64,000 nucleotides of DNA, from NCBI GenBank assembly GCA_963822965.1, contig CAWGJT010000006.1, forward strand, positions 800,001 through 864,000, read 5' to 3'. This document shows positions 9,781-20,087 of this stretch, in pieces (positions within the stretch are counted from its first letter, which is position 1; every line of letters starts with the position of its first letter). The DNA comes from an uncultured delta proteobacterium. GTDB lineage: Bacteria > Myxococcota_A > UBA9160 > UBA4427. The translations under genes were made by a program, and so were the position numbers. The notes beneath the pieces were generated by a model. That model did not search any database, was not told the origin of the DNA, and saw only the letters and a list, made by a program, of their open reading frames with translations.

Positions 9781-10215
9781 ATGCATCGATCCTTCGCACG
9801 ACTTGCCCTGGCGGCAACCCTTCTCGCGGGCCTCTGGAGTCTCGCGGGATGCTCGATGTCCAACAGCTCGGAGACCCTGTCGGACTCGATCAGCAGCCCG
9901 TTCGATTGGAGCTCGGGCTCCTCGAAGAGCAGCGGCGGCGACTCCGCGTACCGCCAGGACGTGAGCGACTACACCGTGGCGTTCGTCCGCGACGGCGGTG
10001 ATCTCGACGCCTTCCGGACCGGGCTCGGGCGGCTGGCCGAGCAGCGCGGCATCACCAACTGGGAGGCCGACTCGTTCACCTGCGCGAGCATCGGGCTCGG
10101 TCTGCAGCAGGCGCGTCTGGACCGCACGGCGGCCCTGCGCTTCGGGCGGCAGCTGTTCGCGGACAATCCGGCGAGCCTCGAGGCCCTGGACGCCGGATAC
10201 ACGCGGATCCCGTAA
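9781..10215 (+). CDS. Putative lipoprotein with Ser-rich N-terminus
   Basis: Lipobox LAGC followed by SMSNSSETLSDSISSP...SSGSSKSS; GITNWEAD. Confidence 0.75.
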   Translation: MHRSFARLALAATLLAGLWSLAGCSMSNSSETLSDSISSPFDWSSGSSKSSGGDSAYRQDVSDYTVAFVRDGGDLDAFRTGLGRLAEQRGITNWEADSFTCASIGLGLQQARLDRTAALRFGRQLFADNPASLEALDAGYTRIP

Positions 10216-10232
10216 GCGCCGCGCGGAAGATC

Positions 10233-12241
10233 GTGCCGCGGCGTCGGCTCCGGGGACTGGCCGCGGGTGCCCTCGTGGGGGTGCTCGTGGCCGGCGTCGC
10301 AGCGACCGCGCGTGCAGCGTCGCAGGGCTCCGGCCACCCCGCGACCTTCGACTACGGCCACCCCGCGACCTTCGACTCCGGCCACCCCGCGACCTTCGAC
10401 TCCGGCCACCCCGCGACCTTCGACTCCGGCCACCCCGCGACCTTCGACTACGTCTACACCGAGGCCAACGAAGGGGGTTCGAGCGGGGGGCACGCCGCGA
10501 TCCGCTTCGGCGAGCACACCTACCACTTCCAGAACCGCGACGGGCTGCTCGTCCTCGACCGCGAGCCGACCCGCGACTTCTTCCACGTCTACGCACTCAT
10601 CAACAATCGTACGATCCACCTGAGCCGGGTGGCGGTGAGCGCGCAGGACGCGAGGCGGCTGCGCGAACGCTTCGAGCGCCGCCGACGGATCGAGGCGCGG
10701 CAGCTCGAGGTGCGCGCGGGGCTGCTCGCGGATCGACGCCTGCTCGAGGGCTGGCGGGCCGTGGCGGCGGGCGGCGACGCGGCCGAGGCATCGCCCGAGA
10801 TTCCGGCCCTCGGCTACTTCGCGGATACCCCGAAGGCCCGCGCCGCGCCCGCGGCGGCCGTCGCCGGGCTCCGGCACCGCATCGCGGAGCGCTACGGACG
10901 CCGGTTCCTCGCGAGCCGCCGCCGGGACGCCATCCGGAGGCTCGAGGGGGCGGTCGCCGCCGATCCCGCGGCGTGGATCGTGGTCCCGCCCCGCGACGCC
11001 TACGAGGATCCGCCGTTCAGCCGCTCCTACGCCGGTCGCTACCGGGACGCCGCCACGGAGATCGCCGTGCTCGAGGTGCTGGAGCACAGCGTGCCGCTGG
11101 CGGTCGGATCCTTCATCGAGCCGGCGGGACCGGAGTACTGGCTGGAGGACCGGGAGCGAGACCGCCTGCGCGCCCTGCGCGCCGGGCTCGAGGACCAGCT
11201 CGTCGACCTCGCCGGATCGGCGCGCAGCGACTGGGGTCGCCCGTTCCTGGTGGGGCTCGCCAGGATGCTGGCCCTGGACGCGAGCCTCGACCGCGGCCGT
11301 CTCGTCCTGCTCGACGTGGTGCCCGACGACGCGCGCGCCCTGGCGGCGCGCGTCGTGGCCAGCCGGCTCGACGTCGTCGCGGAGATGGCGCGCGCGGGAC
11401 GGGGACAGGTCGAGGAGGCGCGACGCCTGCTGCTCGAGAGCAAGGGGGTCGACGAGCGCGCCTGGGGACGGCTCGAGGAGGCCGCCAACCGGGTCCACGA
11501 GCTCGACCGCGCCGTGCGCGAGGGACGCGATCTGCGCCTTGCCCGGGGTGTGCTGGTGCCGGGACGCACCCGCCGGCTGGAGATCGCGATTCCGCGAGCC
11601 ACGCGACCTCCGCGTCATCGACCGCGACCTCGCGCGGGTGCGCGAGCGGGAGCGCGCGCTACCAGGCCGCCCTCGAGCAGCTGTACCGCTACCAGCTGGT
11701 CACGCGCAACTGCGTCTCCGAGCTCTTCGAGACCCTGAACGAGGCGCTGGGCGCCGACGCCGCCCGCTCCGAGGTCGCCCTGGGCGGCTACGTGGACGGA
11801 CACAGCGCGTTCACGTTCATCCCCTTCGTCTCGGCGGCGGCGGTGAACACCCGCTACCGCGTGGTCGAGCGCCGCACCCTGCCCTCCCAGCGCGAGATCC
11901 GGCTGGCACAGATGCGGCGGCGGGAGAACGACCTGTGGGTCTCCCTGCGCGAGTCGAACACCCTGACCGCCCGGAGCTACCGGCGCAGCGCGCGGGACTC
12001 GTTCTTCCTGTTCTTCACCGACGACGCGGTCCCGCTGCGACCCGTCTTCGGTGCCCTGAACCTGGCCGCGGCGCTGGGGGAGAGCGTCTGGGGTCTGGTG
12101 CGCCTGCCGATCGATCGCGGCGAAACCCTGGTCTCCGGCCTCGAAGGGGCCCTCACGAGCCTGCCCGAGCTCGCCTTCGGGAACATCCGCAAGGGCTCGA
12201 ACGACTGGGTGCCCCCCCGCGCGCAGTCAGTCGACGACTGA
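10233..12241 (+). CDS. Secreted protein with putative permuted papain/NlpC-P60 (DUF4105/Lnb-like) His...Cys motifs; two frameshifts near 11600-11660
   Basis: GGHAAIRFG near the N-terminus and YRYQLVTRNCVSELF after the frameshifts; reading passes through three ORF-track frames. Confidence 0.6.
10329..10448 (+). repeat. Tandem repeat, 24 bp x5, in frame, encoding (S/Y)GHPATFD
   Basis: t(c/a)cggccaccccgcgaccttcgac repeated five times with no spacers. Confidence 0.97.
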
Positions 12242-14503
12242 CGACGACGAAGCCGAGACGACCGACGACGGGGAAGCTACCGGCCAGTCGAGATAGATCG
12301 GAGACGACCAGGCCCGCTCCTGCACCGGCGCCAGGCAGTCGTCGTCTGGCGCGGTGCGGTAGCCGCCGTGGCATGGCGTCGTGCGGACCGGCTTGCCCTG
12401 GGCGTCGAACTCCGTCCGCAGGTTCGCGCCGTTGATGGCCGGAGACGGTGACTCGAGGGCGCGCACGTAGTAGACCGCGTCGCGGTGCGAGCGCTGGGGT
12501 AGTCGGGATCCTCGAAGGTCGCGCGGCAGCCGGACGGGTCGGGACGCAGGGGAGGCTGCAGCCAGGGATCCTCGATGAGCGACTCCACCGGCTCGCCCGG
12601 AATCGCCTGTGGGCGGATCCGGACGACCTCGATCGCCGCGATCGGACGCCGCTCGTCGCCCGGGTTGTAGCACTCGCCGAGACACAGCTTCGCCAGGCGC
12701 TCGTCCCCCAGCGCCTCGCGGCTCTCTTCGGGACAACCGGGCTGCTGCACGCCGCGAGCCCACCGCGCGCACCTCGAAGCGCGGCACGCTGGCGCTCTCG
12801 ATCTCCGATCCCATGGGCCGGCGGCCGCCCGCCTCGTCCAGCCAGTCGAACCACAGCAGGATGCGGGGCCCGCTGGTGCCGTAGACCTCGCGGCGCAGGA
12901 GGGCGTCCCAGATCGCGTCGCGGCTGCGGCCCTGGCTGTGCAACGCGACCAGGCCGCCGGGGTACATGAAGCTCCCTTCGCGCTCCACGTCGAGCAGGCC
13001 GCGCAGGCCCCGCTCCTGCTCGGGCGCCGGCCGCGCGCGCCCGGCGTCGCCGGGACGGCCCCGGATCCAGGGACGCGTGAGAGCGTTCATAGAACGGTGA
13101 GGCCATGCCCCGGGCGTCGGTCATCCCGTGACGGCCGACCTGCTTGTAGCCCGTGCCGGGGCGCGCGCTGTGGTTGTCGCTCGAGGCGATGTAGCCGAAG
13201 CGGAATCGCAGGGGGCGGCCGTCCGGCCCGGGCTCGTCGAAGCCGGAGACCGCGGCCGCGTACTGCGACGTCTCGCCGGGTCGCAGGTTCATGGCCGGCT
13301 TGAAGCAGTCGCGACACTGGTCGCAGTCGAGCCAGTCCTCGGGCGTGGTGTCGGGCAGCACCAGGTGCGGGCGAGACGCCGGCCGCCATCGCGAGACGCC
13401 GGGCCTCCTCGACGCGCTCCTCGCAGACGTCGGCGGGCAGATCGCCGCAACGCTCGCGCACGATCTCCCCGGCGCGCCAGCAGCAGGCCAGGTAGCCGGC
13501 GGTCGGCGCCGGACAGACGGGCTCCTCGCCCGACCGGCCGTACTCGGGCCACGGCCGGAACTCCTCGGAGTTGCCGTGGCCGGAGTACACCTCGATCAGG
13601 CGCTGGCGCTCCGGATCGTGGGCCGAGCGGGTGAGCTGGTTCGCGATGGTGGCACCCGGGCGGCGCGTGGATGCCCCAGGCGAGGCCGTGCGGGATCACC
13701 AGGGGCTCGAGCCCGCTCTGGGCGAGCTTCTCGAAGAGCACGTCCGGGGTGCTCGCATTCTCCCGGCATTCCGGCGGAAGCGCGCGGGTATCGACACCCG
13801 CCGGACAGTCGGGAATCTCCGTCATCCTCCGGATCCACCACAGGAAGTCCGCGTAGGCACCGCCGACGCGGGGCAGCGCCTCGAGCACCGCCATCATGCC
13901 GACGCCCCGCGCGCGCTTCATGGTGCCGTCCGGAAGCGAGCCGATGACCCGTGCCGGAAGCTCGTCGTCTGCGAGGCCGCGGAAGATCACGTTCTTGTGG
14001 CCGTAGTGGGTCTCGGGCGTGGCCCCGGCCTGGGTCCACTCGTAGCCCACGTAGGCCACGAGGTCGGGATCGGCGGGATCCCCCGCGCGGGCGTTGCACG
14101 CGCGGATGCTCTCGCGCGTCGCCTGCCAGCGCTCCGGGGTCATGGCCTCGGCGTGGTCGTTGATGGAGAAGAAGTCGACCGCGGCGCAGTAGCGCGCGAA
14201 GTCGCAGGCGTCGGCCGGCGGGTGCGCGCCCTCGCCGCCGAAGACCGGCAGCGAGAACACGTAGGCGTCGATCGAGTAGGACGTGTGCACGTGCAGGTCG
14301 CCGAAGAGGATCTCGCGCTCGCCGGGCGCCGAGCGTTCCTGGGCGGCGCGCAGGGCCGCCCGGGACTCGACGCTGCGCGCCGGTCCCACGATGCGGCCCG
14401 AGCCCAGCTCGCGCCCCCCGCAGCCGGCCACTCCGGCCAGGGCCGCGGCCAGAAGCAGCGCCGGGAGCGCCGTCCGAAGGCCGACAAACCGCTCAGGAAA
14501 CAC
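12227..14503 (-). CDS. DUF3604 (PHP-like metallohydrolase) lipoprotein, several frameshifts
   Basis: LFGDLHVHTSYSIDAY, INDHAE, GYEWT, EVYSGHGNSE, GYIASSDNH, YGTSGPRI and ERAWSSPIY motifs spread over several frames. Confidence 0.8.
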
Positions 14504-14669
14504 TTCGCACCCACCCAGCAAGCCGCCGTCCGACAAGCCGAAACCCCCTCGCACGCGACAGGCCTGCGGACGGCCCGCGAGCGCGCGATCGGGCCCCATC
14601 GTAGCCCCGATGCGTCATTCGGCGCGGTTCCCGCGCGCCGCAGGCCCTGGTCGGGCGGGACCGATCGGG

Positions 14670-15298
14670 TCAGCCGTTGGCTTCGAGGATCTCGGACACC
14701 ACCGAGGGGCGGTCGAAGTCCGCGGCGCCGGCGCTCGCGGCGAGCGGCAGCTCGCCGAGCATCTCGTCGAGACACGCCCGGACGCCCGCGGAGAGCTCGG
14801 CGAAGCGAAGCACCAGTCCCCGGGCGCCGTCGTCGCGGTCCACCCGTCCCTCCACCACCAGGGGCGTCTCGCGGGCGGGTACGTGGATCGCGATGCGAAG
14901 CTCCTGGCCGAGGCTCAGGGCCTCGGTGTGATCCACGCGCATGCCCCGCGAAGAGATGTCGCGACCCACGAGGACCCGCGCGGCCTGGCTGCCGAGCGCG
15001 ATCACGCGGCGCCCGAACGCGCGGCGCGGATCCCGATGGCGCTCCCCCTCCCCGGCCTCGAGAAGACCGGGCACCGGATTCCCGGCGTCGCCCGCCGGGC
15101 CGGTGCCGGCACCACGCGGCGCCGATCCCATGGCGTCGCGACCACCACGGGCGCGTGCGCGTACGCCTCGGCCCCGGTGCCGTGGGGCGACGACTCGTCG
15201 AAGCCGAGGTCCAGCTCCTCGAGCAGCTGTCCCACGTCCGCCAGCTCGCCGTCGTGGACCAGCAGGATGGACGGGACCGCCCTTTCCTCTTCCTCCAT
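14670..15298 (-). CDS. PilZ domain protein, frameshifted or internally deleted
   Basis: ERHRDPR (RxxxR-like) and RDISSRGM (DxSxxG); the N-terminal piece MEEEERAVPSILLVHDGEL is in another frame. Confidence 0.6.
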
Positions 15299-15467
15299 CG
15301 CCTCACCCGCCCTCCGGGATGCGCGGAGAGCCACCCCCCGCTGGATCGGCAGGATCCGGGATGCCCTATAGGCGCCCCCGAGGCGTCGAGGCAGGGGCTT
15401 CTCGGCCGGAAGCCGTTCGGCACAGCGACACCGGCCGAGCGTGTGGAGCGGGCGATCGGCGACGCGA

Positions 15468-16082
15468 TCAGAAGCGGAAGAGCACCCCGCCGCCGAAGGT
15501 CGCGTAGTCGAAGCGCTTCACGGACCCCGTGGGCAGCATGTAGGCCGCCTCGGCGTAGAGCGCCCAGTGCGGTGTCAGATGGACGTCGAGGCCCGCCGCC
15601 GAGCGGAACGCGAAGTCCTCCCGCGTCTCGTCGTTGGAGTCCGCATCGATGTCCAGGAAGCCGATTCCCGCCATCAGCCACGGCTCGACGCGCCCGAGCG
15701 GCAGCAGCAGCTTGGCATTCGCCGTCACCGCGAACCCGTTCACGTCGTTGTCCACCGAATCGTCGCCTTCGAATCCCGGCAGGACCTCGCCTAGAAACTC
15801 CACGGCCAGGTACGGATCGCCGCGATAGCCGGCGCGGAACAAGATCGAGCCGGAGTCGTCCTGGGAGCCCGGCGTCGAGAAGTTCTGGAGCGCGAAGGCG
15901 CCTCCGACGCCGACGTAGCCGCCGGCCCGGTCGAGCGCGGGCTCCTCGTCGGCGGGCGGCGACGCCTTCGCCACCTCGGAGACGTTCGCTGTCGCCGCGG
16001 GCGCCCCCGCGACGACGAGCACCAGCGACGCCACCAGGACAGGGACCGGTCGCAGCCGAACGACGCATGCGGATCGCAGCAC
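15468..16082 (-). CDS. Outer-membrane beta-barrel protein (OmpA/OmpW-like, probably 8-stranded)
   Basis: Signal peptide; alternating aromatic strands; C-terminal GGGVLFRF; start approximate. Confidence 0.8.
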   Translation of the reverse strand: MLRSACVVRLRPVPVLVASLVLVVAGAPAATANVSEVAKASPPADEEPALDRAGGYVGVGGAFALQNFSTPGSQDDSGSILFRAGYRGDPYLAVEFLGEVLPGFEGDDSVDNDVNGFAVTANAKLLLPLGRVEPWLMAGIGFLDIDADSNDETREDFAFRSAAGLDVHLTPHWALYAEAAYMLPTGSVKRFDYATFGGGVLFRF

Positions 16083-16181
16083 CGGGATCCTCCCGTCGGG
16101 TCCGGGTTGGACGATAGCCTGCCGCTCTCTACCTTGCGGCGTCTCCGACCCCGGCGGCTCACGCCGGGAAGAGGTCGCAGC

Positions 16182-17021
16182 GTGAAGCTCGGCGTGACCC
16201 TGAGCGCTCTCCACCCCCACTTCTTCGTCGACGTCGCCCGACGCGCCGATGCCCTGGGCTTCGAATCGGTGTGGCTGCCCGAGCACCTCGTGTTCCCCAC
16301 CGAGATGGGCGGATCGCCGTTCCCCGGCGAGGACCATCCACCCGTGCCCCCGAGCACCCCGGTCTTCGACTCCTTCGCGTATCTCTCCTTCCTCGCGGGC
16401 CTCACCCGGAAGATCCGGCTCGGAACGAACGTCTACCTGCTCGGTCTGCGACATCCCTTCGCGGCGGCGCGCGCCGTCCAGACCCTCGACATCGTCTCCG
16501 GCGGCCGCGCCGAGGTGGGCATCGGCGCCGGCTGGCTGCGGGAGGAGTGGACCGCGGCGGGCCTCGACCCCGCCACCCGGGGCCGGCGGCTCGACGAGGC
16601 CCTCGCGCTCTGCAAACGCCTGTGGAGCGAGCCGGTCGTCGCACACGAGGGCCGGTTCTACCGCTTCGGTCCGGTGATGTTCGAGCCCAAGCCGGTCCAG
16701 CGTCCGCATCCGCCCATCCATTGCGGGGGCGAGTCCGACGCGGCGCTTCGGCGCGCGGCGCGAGCCTGCGACGGCTGGCTCGGGCTGCACCACACCCTCG
16801 AGTCGGTGCAGGCGCCCGTCGAGCGGCTGCGCGCCCTGCTGCGCGAGCACGGGCGCGAGAACGACGCCTTCCAGCTGACCGTGAGAGCCACCGTCGCCAG
16901 CCGGGACGAGCTCGCGCGCTGGGAGGACCTGGGCGTCACGCGCATCATCACGTCGCCCTGGCGACGCTCCCGAGAAGCCGTGGACGAGCTCGAGCGCCTC
17001 GCGGAGCGACTCTTCGACTGA
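16182..17021 (+). CDS. Luciferase-like monooxygenase (LLM) class oxidoreductase, probably F420-dependent (Rv2161c-like)
   Basis: GFESVWLPEHLVFP, LDIVSGGR, GAGWLREE, PKPVQ.PHPPI..GG motifs. Confidence 0.85.
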   Translation: MKLGVTLSALHPHFFVDVARRADALGFESVWLPEHLVFPTEMGGSPFPGEDHPPVPPSTPVFDSFAYLSFLAGLTRKIRLGTNVYLLGLRHPFAAARAVQTLDIVSGGRAEVGIGAGWLREEWTAAGLDPATRGRRLDEALALCKRLWSEPVVAHEGRFYRFGPVMFEPKPVQRPHPPIHCGGESDAALRRAARACDGWLGLHHTLESVQAPVERLRALLREHGRENDAFQLTVRATVASRDELARWEDLGVTRIITSPWRRSREAVDELERLAERLFD

Positions 17022-17036
17022 GCGGCCGAAGCGCGC

Positions 17037-17891
17037 TCAGAATGGTCGATCGCCGACGACGGTCACGCGCTCCATCAGGCGTCGGGCGGGCCAGTAGTCC
17101 GAGACCGGATAGTGCTGGCTCGCGCGGTTGTCCCAGAAGGCGATCGAGCCCGGGCGCCAGCGGAAGCGCACCTGGAGCTCGGGCACGCGGGCCTGGGCGT
17201 AGAGGAGGCGCAGCAGGTCGCGGCTCTCGTCCGCCTTCATGCCCTCGATCTCGCGGGTGAAGGCGGCGTTCACGTAGAGCGCCTTCTCGCCCGTCTCGGG
17301 ATGGGTGCGCACCACCGGGTGCCGCGCGGCCGGGTACTTCTGCTGCATCGCCGCGAGCTCGGCGGGCGCCATCCGCCGGCCGAAGCTGTGGGTGAAGTCG
17401 TGGATCGCGAAGAGACCGTCGATGCGCCTCCGGATCTCGTCCGGCAGGCCCTCGAAGGCCGCGACCATGTCGGCCCACAGGGTGTCCCCCCCGACCTCCG
17501 GCACCTGCACCGCCTTCAGGATCGAGCCGAGGGAGGGCTCGACCCGCCAGGTCACGTCGCTGTGCCAGACGTTGATTCGGCTGCGGTTCTCCGGCCCGTT
17601 GGCCAGCAGGATGATCTCTGGATGGCCCGGCTTGTTGGGTGTGAACGGATGGATCTCGAGCGTTCCGAAGCGCCGCCCGAAGGCCACGTGCTCGGCGGAG
17701 GAGATGGGCTGGTCGCGGAAGAAGATCACGCGATGGGCGAGCAGCGCCCCACGGATGGCGGCGACCGTATCGTCGGAGAGTGGCCGCGAGAGATCGACGC
17801 CGCCGACCTCCGCACCGATCCCCGGCGTCAGGCGCTCGATCACGAGCGGGCTCTCGGCGAGACGGGACGCGGACCGCTCCGGCTGGGCCAT
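17037..17891 (-). CDS. TauD/TfdA family alpha-ketoglutarate dioxygenase
   Basis: WHSDV, GGDTLWAD, HPVVRTHP, WDNRASQH. Confidence 0.92.
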   Translation of the reverse strand: MAQPERSASRLAESPLVIERLTPGIGAEVGGVDLSRPLSDDTVAAIRGALLAHRVIFFRDQPISSAEHVAFGRRFGTLEIHPFTPNKPGHPEIILLANGPENRSRINVWHSDVTWRVEPSLGSILKAVQVPEVGGDTLWADMVAAFEGLPDEIRRRIDGLFAIHDFTHSFGRRMAPAELAAMQQKYPAARHPVVRTHPETGEKALYVNAAFTREIEGMKADESRDLLRLLYAQARVPELQVRFRWRPGSIAFWDNRASQHYPVSDYWPARRLMERVTVVGDRPF

Positions 17892-17991
17892 TCGAATCTC
17901 CTCGAGAAGGGGAGCGCGAAGGTAGCCGAGGATCCGGCGGATTCGTGCGCGCGGTCGTGTGCGCGGAGGGGTCGAGGCCGCGGGGAGGGGA

Positions 17992-18312
17992 TCAGTCCCC
18001 GCAGACGTAGACGGCGAACTCGCGCTCCCCGGGAGCCGGGGACGGCAGCGGGGTCACCACGTTGCCCCCCATCCCGGCGCCCTCGTTCCGCGCCAGGGTG
18101 GTGAGCTCTTTCTCGACCGCGCCCTTCGGGCGCGGCACGAACCAGACCTTGGGCAGAACCGAGGCCTTCGTGTTGCCGAGCCGCTCGCAGTCACTCACCT
18201 CGTAGCTCGAGAAGACGCGCACGTCGTCACCCGCATCGGTGACGGAGACCCAGGCGCAACCTGGGAGCAGGAGCCAGCCGATCAGCAGACAGCCCAACAG
18301 CATTCTTCGCAT
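17992..18312 (-). CDS. DUF4156-like small lipoprotein
   Basis: Lipobox LPGC; C..LG; ARNEGA.MGGN; C-terminal VYVC. Confidence 0.7.
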   Translation of the reverse strand: MRRMLLGCLLIGWLLLPGCAWVSVTDAGDDVRVFSSYEVSDCERLGNTKASVLPKVWFVPRPKGAVEKELTTLARNEGAGMGGNVVTPLPSPAPGEREFAVYVCGD

Positions 18313-18541
18313 GTCGCGAGGCCCTCCATCGCTGGGTCCCTTCTCGTATCGGGCCGACCGGCGGAGGGCTGGAGCCCGTACCTCTCGGCGAGCGGCGGCG
18401 CGTGCGCGCTCTCGTGAAGCAGACGTGCAATCATTTCGCGATCATCGGAGGCCGGCCGGCGCCGCCGTCCGGGAAGCGAGCACGGCGCCGGAACGCATCG
18501 AGCCGGAGCCCAGGAGCCGGAACCGAGAGGAGAGACCCCGA

Positions 18542-20014
18542 ATGTCCTTCGACCCCCGCGCGCCGGTCCTCGTCGGCCTTCACCAGCTCGAGCAGCGCGT
18601 GGACGACCCCCTCGAGGGCCGCGAGCCCCTGCAGATGATGATCGACGCCGCCCGGGCCGCCGCCGAGGACGCGGGAAGCCGTGCCCTGCTGGAGGCGGCG
18701 GACGTGGTGTGCGTGATTCGCGGCCGTTGGCGCTACGACGATCCCGCACGCGCCGTGGCGGCGCGGCTCGGGGCCGCGCAGGCGCGTTCCGCCGCGACCC
18801 CCTTCGGCGGCAACATGGTGCAGTCGGCGGTGAACGGGTTCGCGCGGGAGATCCGAGACGAGAAGCGCGACGTCGTCGTGCTCGCGGGCGCCGAGAACGG
18901 CCGCAGCCTCTCCCGGGCGCGCAAGCAGGGGGTGCGGCTCTCGTACAGCGACGCACCCGGAGAGCCCGACCTGATGCTCGGCCCGGAGCTGTCGATGGTG
19001 CACGAGGCGGAGATCGCCCGGAAGCTAGTCCGGCCGATCGCCATGTACCCGATCTTCGAGAACGCCATCCGCTACGCGCGGGGCGAGTCCATCGAAGCGC
19101 ACCGGGAGCGGATCGCGCGCCTGTGGGCGCGCTTCAACGCCGTCGCCGTCGAGAACCCGCACGCCTGGATTCGCGAGCCGATGAGCGCCGAGCAGATCGC
19201 CACCCCCTCCGCCGAGAACCGCATGCTGGGCTTCCCCTATACGCTGCGGATGAACTCGAACGACAAGGTCGACCAGGCGGCCGCCCTGATCCTGTGCTCC
19301 GCGGAGGCGGCCCGGCGCTTCGGCGTACCGCGCGAGCGCTGGATCTTCCTGCACGCGGGCAGCGACGCCCACGACCACCTGTTCGTCTCGAACCGCCAGG
19401 ATCTGCACTCTTCGCCGGCCATCCGCATCGCCGGCGGGCGGGCCCTCGAGCTGGCGGGCACCTCGCCCGACGCGCTCGACTACGTGGACCTCTACAGCTG
19501 CTTCCCCTCGGCGGTGCAGGTGGCGGCGGCCGAGCTCGGTCTCTCCGAGGAACGCCCGCTCACCGTGACCGGCGGCCTCACCTTCGGCGGTGGCCCGCTC
19601 AACGACTACGTGATGCACGGAATCGCGCGCATGGGCGAGGTGCTGCGCGCGGATCCGGGCAAGGTCGGGCTGTGCACCGCGAACGGGGGCTTCCTCACCA
19701 AGCACGCCTTCGGCGTCTACTCGACGGAGCCGCCGGCCGAGGGCTTCCGCCACGAGAGCTGCCAGGCGGCGGTGGACGCCCTGCCCCGCCGCGAGGCAGT
19801 GGTCGACCACGAGGGTGACGTCACCATCGAGTCCTACACGGTGATGTTCGAGGGCGGAGAGCCCGAGATCGCCCACGCGGCCTGTCTCCTGCCGGACGGC
19901 CGCCGCACGTGGGCGAACAGCCTGGACCGCACGCTCGCCACCGCGATGACCCGCGAGGAGTTCTGCGGCCGGCCCGCTCGCATCGACGGGCACGGCACCT
20001 TCACGATGCGCTGA
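18542..20014 (+). CDS. Thiolase-like acetyl-CoA acetyltransferase
   Basis: VDQAAALIL, DLYSCFPSAV, LTVTGGLTFGGGP.N.Y, ANGGFLTKH. Confidence 0.88.
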   Translation: MSFDPRAPVLVGLHQLEQRVDDPLEGREPLQMMIDAARAAAEDAGSRALLEAADVVCVIRGRWRYDDPARAVAARLGAAQARSAATPFGGNMVQSAVNGFAREIRDEKRDVVVLAGAENGRSLSRARKQGVRLSYSDAPGEPDLMLGPELSMVHEAEIARKLVRPIAMYPIFENAIRYARGESIEAHRERIARLWARFNAVAVENPHAWIREPMSAEQIATPSAENRMLGFPYTLRMNSNDKVDQAAALILCSAEAARRFGVPRERWIFLHAGSDAHDHLFVSNRQDLHSSPAIRIAGGRALELAGTSPDALDYVDLYSCFPSAVQVAAAELGLSEERPLTVTGGLTFGGGPLNDYVMHGIARMGEVLRADPGKVGLCTANGGFLTKHAFGVYSTEPPAEGFRHESCQAAVDALPRREAVVDHEGDVTIESYTVMFEGGEPEIAHAACLLPDGRRTWANSLDRTLATAMTREEFCGRPARIDGHGTFTMR

Positions 20015-20087
20015 CCCGGCTCCAAGAGGACAACGCCCAACGTTGTCCTCAGGTTGCAAGTCAGCGCCCCAGCGGGGCGCTGACCGC

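Noticed and set aside
10329..10448. Possible CRISPR array
   Set aside because: Repeats are contiguous with no spacers, are in frame within a CDS, and no cas genes are present.
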